Below, in pieces: positions 60,699 through 64,000 of a stretch of DNA of 64,000 nt. The translations under genes and the position numbers were made by a program. This DNA is from Azolla caroliniana (taxonomy: Eukaryota; Plantae; Polypodiophyta). The stretch lies in NCBI GenBank assembly GCA_043228905.1, contig JBHGNT010000011.1, forward strand, positions 20,708,001 through 20,772,000. Direction: 5' to 3'. The notes under the pieces were generated by a model, which searched no databases, was not told the origin of the DNA, and worked only from the letters and a program-made list of their open reading frames with translations. Numbering within the stretch: position 1 is the first letter of the stretch; every line of letters starts with the position of its first letter.

Positions 60699-63600
60699 GT
60701 AGACTAGAAAGCCTTGTCCCCGAGCTAATTTTGGTTAGCTATAAGGTTTAGTTTTGTATAAGACCATAGAACAAACATGTTTCAGTAAATCATAAAGTTT
60801 AATTAAATGCAATACTGCAAAAGAAAGAAAGAAAGAAAGAAAGAACTATATATGAACTAGGAGGCCAAAGTGGTCTATCAAACTGAACAAGACTAAACAT
60901 AGAGAGAGAGAAAACTGAAATGCATGGCTCAGATAATTTGTTTGGTAACTTGTATTATTTAGTTTTGTATAATGTGATAGAGGCTTGGAATCCTCTAGTT
61001 TTGTATGATTTAGTTTTCTTTAGCTATAAGGTTGGTTATGTATAACACCATAGAGAGAAAGAAAAAGATGAAAAGAACAAAAGACAATATTCTCTCTGTA
61101 GAGGCCAAACTGGATCAGTATGATTTAGCTTTATATAAGACTATATAGAGATAAATTCAAGAGACTTGAAAGCCCCTAGCTCAAAGCAAATGTTAGTGAT
61201 TCATGATGCTTACTTATGTGTAAGACCATAGAGGGAAAGAAGGAAGATGATATTAAACTCTCTGTAGAAATCAACTTGGACAATGACCCAAAAACATTAA
61301 TATCTTAACATTCTGTCATATCCCTTGTACAACACAAAATTCAGTATGCTAGAAGGTTCCGTTATGTATAAGATCATAGAAAGGAGCCAGAAAACGCTGG
61401 CTCCAATAGAATCTCTGCATACTGCAATGTTGAGTTATGGATAAAGCTATAGAAAGAGGCAATAATATCCAGATCAAAGAAATTTTCAGCGGTTGCAATG
61501 TTTCTTATGGATTAGACAATAACAAATACTAGATAGTCGTTACACACATGAACATACAAATAACTGAACAGAAATATGAGTTCTGTACCTGTCATGATAC
61601 ACGTAACATGTTATACACATAGGTCTTTTCTTACTCAAAAGAAAAGTCTTTGTAAACATAGATGGTTGATCATAAAGGCAATACCTTTGCCTTTCTTGTT
61701 CTCTTTTTGTTCTCTTCTCAGGGGTTCTATTTAATTGGATTATGAAAAGTTCAAACTCTTGGTTTGATATTTCTATTTGTCTATGCTGGATTACAAATTC
61801 TGAGGTTTAGTTTATCTTGATATTGGTTTATTATAGCAATTTAAGGCTTATCTATTCCATAAGTTCTTTACAGTTCTATGGACCTCTTTAAGCACAAGGG
61901 GTAAATACTACTTCAAATGAAGCATATGCAAGGATTTCATGTATAACTTAACTTGTTACAATCTCTGATTTTTCTGTTTACAGCTCACTGAATATGGAAG
62001 TGGTGGTAGCCTTCTTATGCTCCAGAGTTGCTTGGGTCAAATGAATTTAAAGGAAGGAGATGTCCAAAACTTACAACTAAAACTTGATCTATTGGCGATT
62101 GTAATTCGGCATTTGGTTCAACAACCAAATTTTAGTACAATTTTTTGTGAAGCTGTGAAAAATTTCCCATTCAGTGAGGCTTTGTTGGATAGCTTATCTG
62201 AAGCTTTGAAGCTCTCTCTTTTGGAGCAAATTAGCTTGGGCTTGGCATTGACCAATGCTGAAGATTTGCGATGGCAGCAGCACGGTAAGGAGCTGATGCA
62301 CTTTAACTTTCTTTTCTCGGATACTTACTTTAACGAAAAACTCCGAAATATCCTAAAATGTTGACCAGGGGCATTTGGGGAAAGAGAAAAAATGAAGGGT
62401 ACTTCAGAGTGTTTCCTTGATGTTATTGTCTTCTAAAGTTTGTACTCTTTGAATCCAGGCTACAGATTTTGCCAGACAAAGATAACAGAATTGTGTCAGA
62501 CTCCATGTTCTATTAATGACAATGTTGTAATTGATCAGATTCTTTTGTTTCTGCATGAAAGTGAGGGTCTGTCAAAGCTCATACCTGCTTTTGTGAAATC
62601 ATTGCCTTCTGATGCTCATACTTCCTTGATGTTGATGCCACTTCTTCAAGATGAAGCAAATGACTTGGATTGTCTAAGGTAGCTGTCATGTCAGAATGCC
62701 GCATTGAATTTTACTTCAGTTATTTACCAATAGGCCAACTCTATTATAAGGTCAAACGTTGCATGTGTTGTTGTTTGATACTGGCTTGATTGATGTTTGT
62801 CGTGATTTTTTTTAAAGATTTGATACAATATCGAAGTATACTTCACCAATTCCCTTGGATTTAATGGAGCAATTAGAAAACACAGTTGAAGTGGAAGACA
62901 TTATGGAGGAGCTTGGATACAGTTGTACTGTGGGGGTGGCACAATGCAAAGAGATACTTAATTTACTTCCTTCGTTGCAAGAGGCAAATATTGCACGAAT
63001 AATTGCAATGGTATCTCGAAGCCATACTGGTTTAGAGGATTCCCATGGGACCTGTGGTACCTTCTATAGTGCATTAACTGAAAGTGCTTTTGTGGATGGT
63101 ATATGGGCAAGTACCTGGAATATTGAGGTTTTGGTTGAATCGATAAAACTTGTGGTAAGTTGGTATTAGTTAGCTGGTGATCATCCTATGTGAATGTTTT
63201 TATTAGTGCCACATGCATAGAGAATGTACATCACCTGATTTTATATTTTAAACTTTTACAGGCCCCTGAAACAAACTGGGCATTGGTAGTAGATAATTTT
63301 GATTATGAAGGTTTTTATTTGCCTGATCAAAAAGCTTTCAACACTCTGTTAGGGATTTATGGCAGGGCTTGTGAGGTATTCATTTGGTGAAGAAAGTAAC
63401 TTTTTGGTGTGATAGATTTGGAATATTAACTTGAGATAACATCTTTATCAGGATCCCTTCCCCATAGAGAAGGTTTGTACAGCTCTGTGGAAGAATGCTG
63501 AAGGACAGATATCCTTTTTAAGGTATGCAGTTTTGTCCTCTGCAGATGTACTGCAGTTCGAAAGATCTTTCTCGAGTCAGGCAAGTTCCCCTTTTTTGTT

Positions 63601-64000
63601 TGCTTCTTTGTCTCCTAAAAATTCAAGTTTCAGGGAAAACTCTGAAATACTCCTGAGGTTTTCATTATTTCCTCAAAAACTCTTGATTGATCAACCCCTC
63701 TCAGGAAATTATATGTCCTACTTGAGCAATTGTATCGACAATACATTCCTTTTCCTCTCTTTTGGGAACTAGCCATGGGTATTTGAGGAAATAAAGAAAA
63801 CATAGAGGCATCCTAGATCCTGTCTAATTTTTTATTTGCTTGCAATAGTTCACTGTGGAAAATTTACCTGGAACTGAGGTTTTACCTCGTGGTGCAAGCC
63901 ATGCTTGGTTATCTGTCCCATTGTTGGAGACATTATGCTGGCTTGCTGAAATTGGACATGCGAGTGCTATACGGTCCATCCTGGAGTATCCCTTAAAACA
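59108..64000 (+). CDS. NOT1: CCR4-NOT complex subunit 1, 5' portion (runs off the window). Exons 59108-59206, 61984-62284, 62459-62678, 62818-63154, 63262-63375, 63452-63580, 63849->64000
   Basis: Phase-consistent splicing gives L.SQI.LL.QNL..SN, PNFSTIF, DIMEELGYSCT, TWNIEVLVESIK, AP.TNW..V..NFDYEGF, FP.E.VC..LWKNAEGQISFL, HAWLS..LLE.LC.LAE.GHA..IRS.LEYPLK, all characteristic of the plant NOT1 N-terminus. Confidence 0.92.
60120..60563 (-). repeat. Dispersed repeat, copy 2, in NOT1 intron 1
   Basis: Diverged copy of 56207-56760. Confidence 0.75.

Overview
AT-rich land-plant nuclear DNA. A fern-like host is my inference from the PPR style, the long TE-filled introns and the gypsy type; it is not proven. 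There are four host genes in two divergent pairs: (1) an intronless PLS-E PPR gene (6642-8789, -) and a 5-exon TRM/LONGIFOLIA-family gene (DUF3741+DUF4378; 15188-19198, +); (2) a ~9-exon USP-kinase-U-box gene (PUB33/35/52-like; 42074-55048, -) and the 5' part of CCR4-NOT1 (59108 to window end, +), which uses a GC-AG intron. The central feature is a nested LTR-retrotransposon complex. An old, decayed Ty1/copia (~29797-40789, -) was hit by an 874-bp TG..CA solo-LTR-like insert between its RT and RNaseH, and by an intact, very young Tnt1-like copia in its gag. The young element (33918-39488) has TSD TAAGC, 729-bp LTRs differing at one base by eye, a single gag-pol ORF, and a CCGG-rich hairpin array in U3. 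A related solo LTR carrying a different U3 array lies in an intron of the U-box gene. Also present: a ~2-kb non-autonomous MULE-like element, L1- and RTE-type LINE remnants, a gypsy RT remnant, local tandem duplications, hairpins and many microsatellites. I found no clearly new multi-gene system. The best leads are the active-looking copia with its modular U3 array, and a PPR upstream ORF that looks like a frameshift-detached transit peptide.
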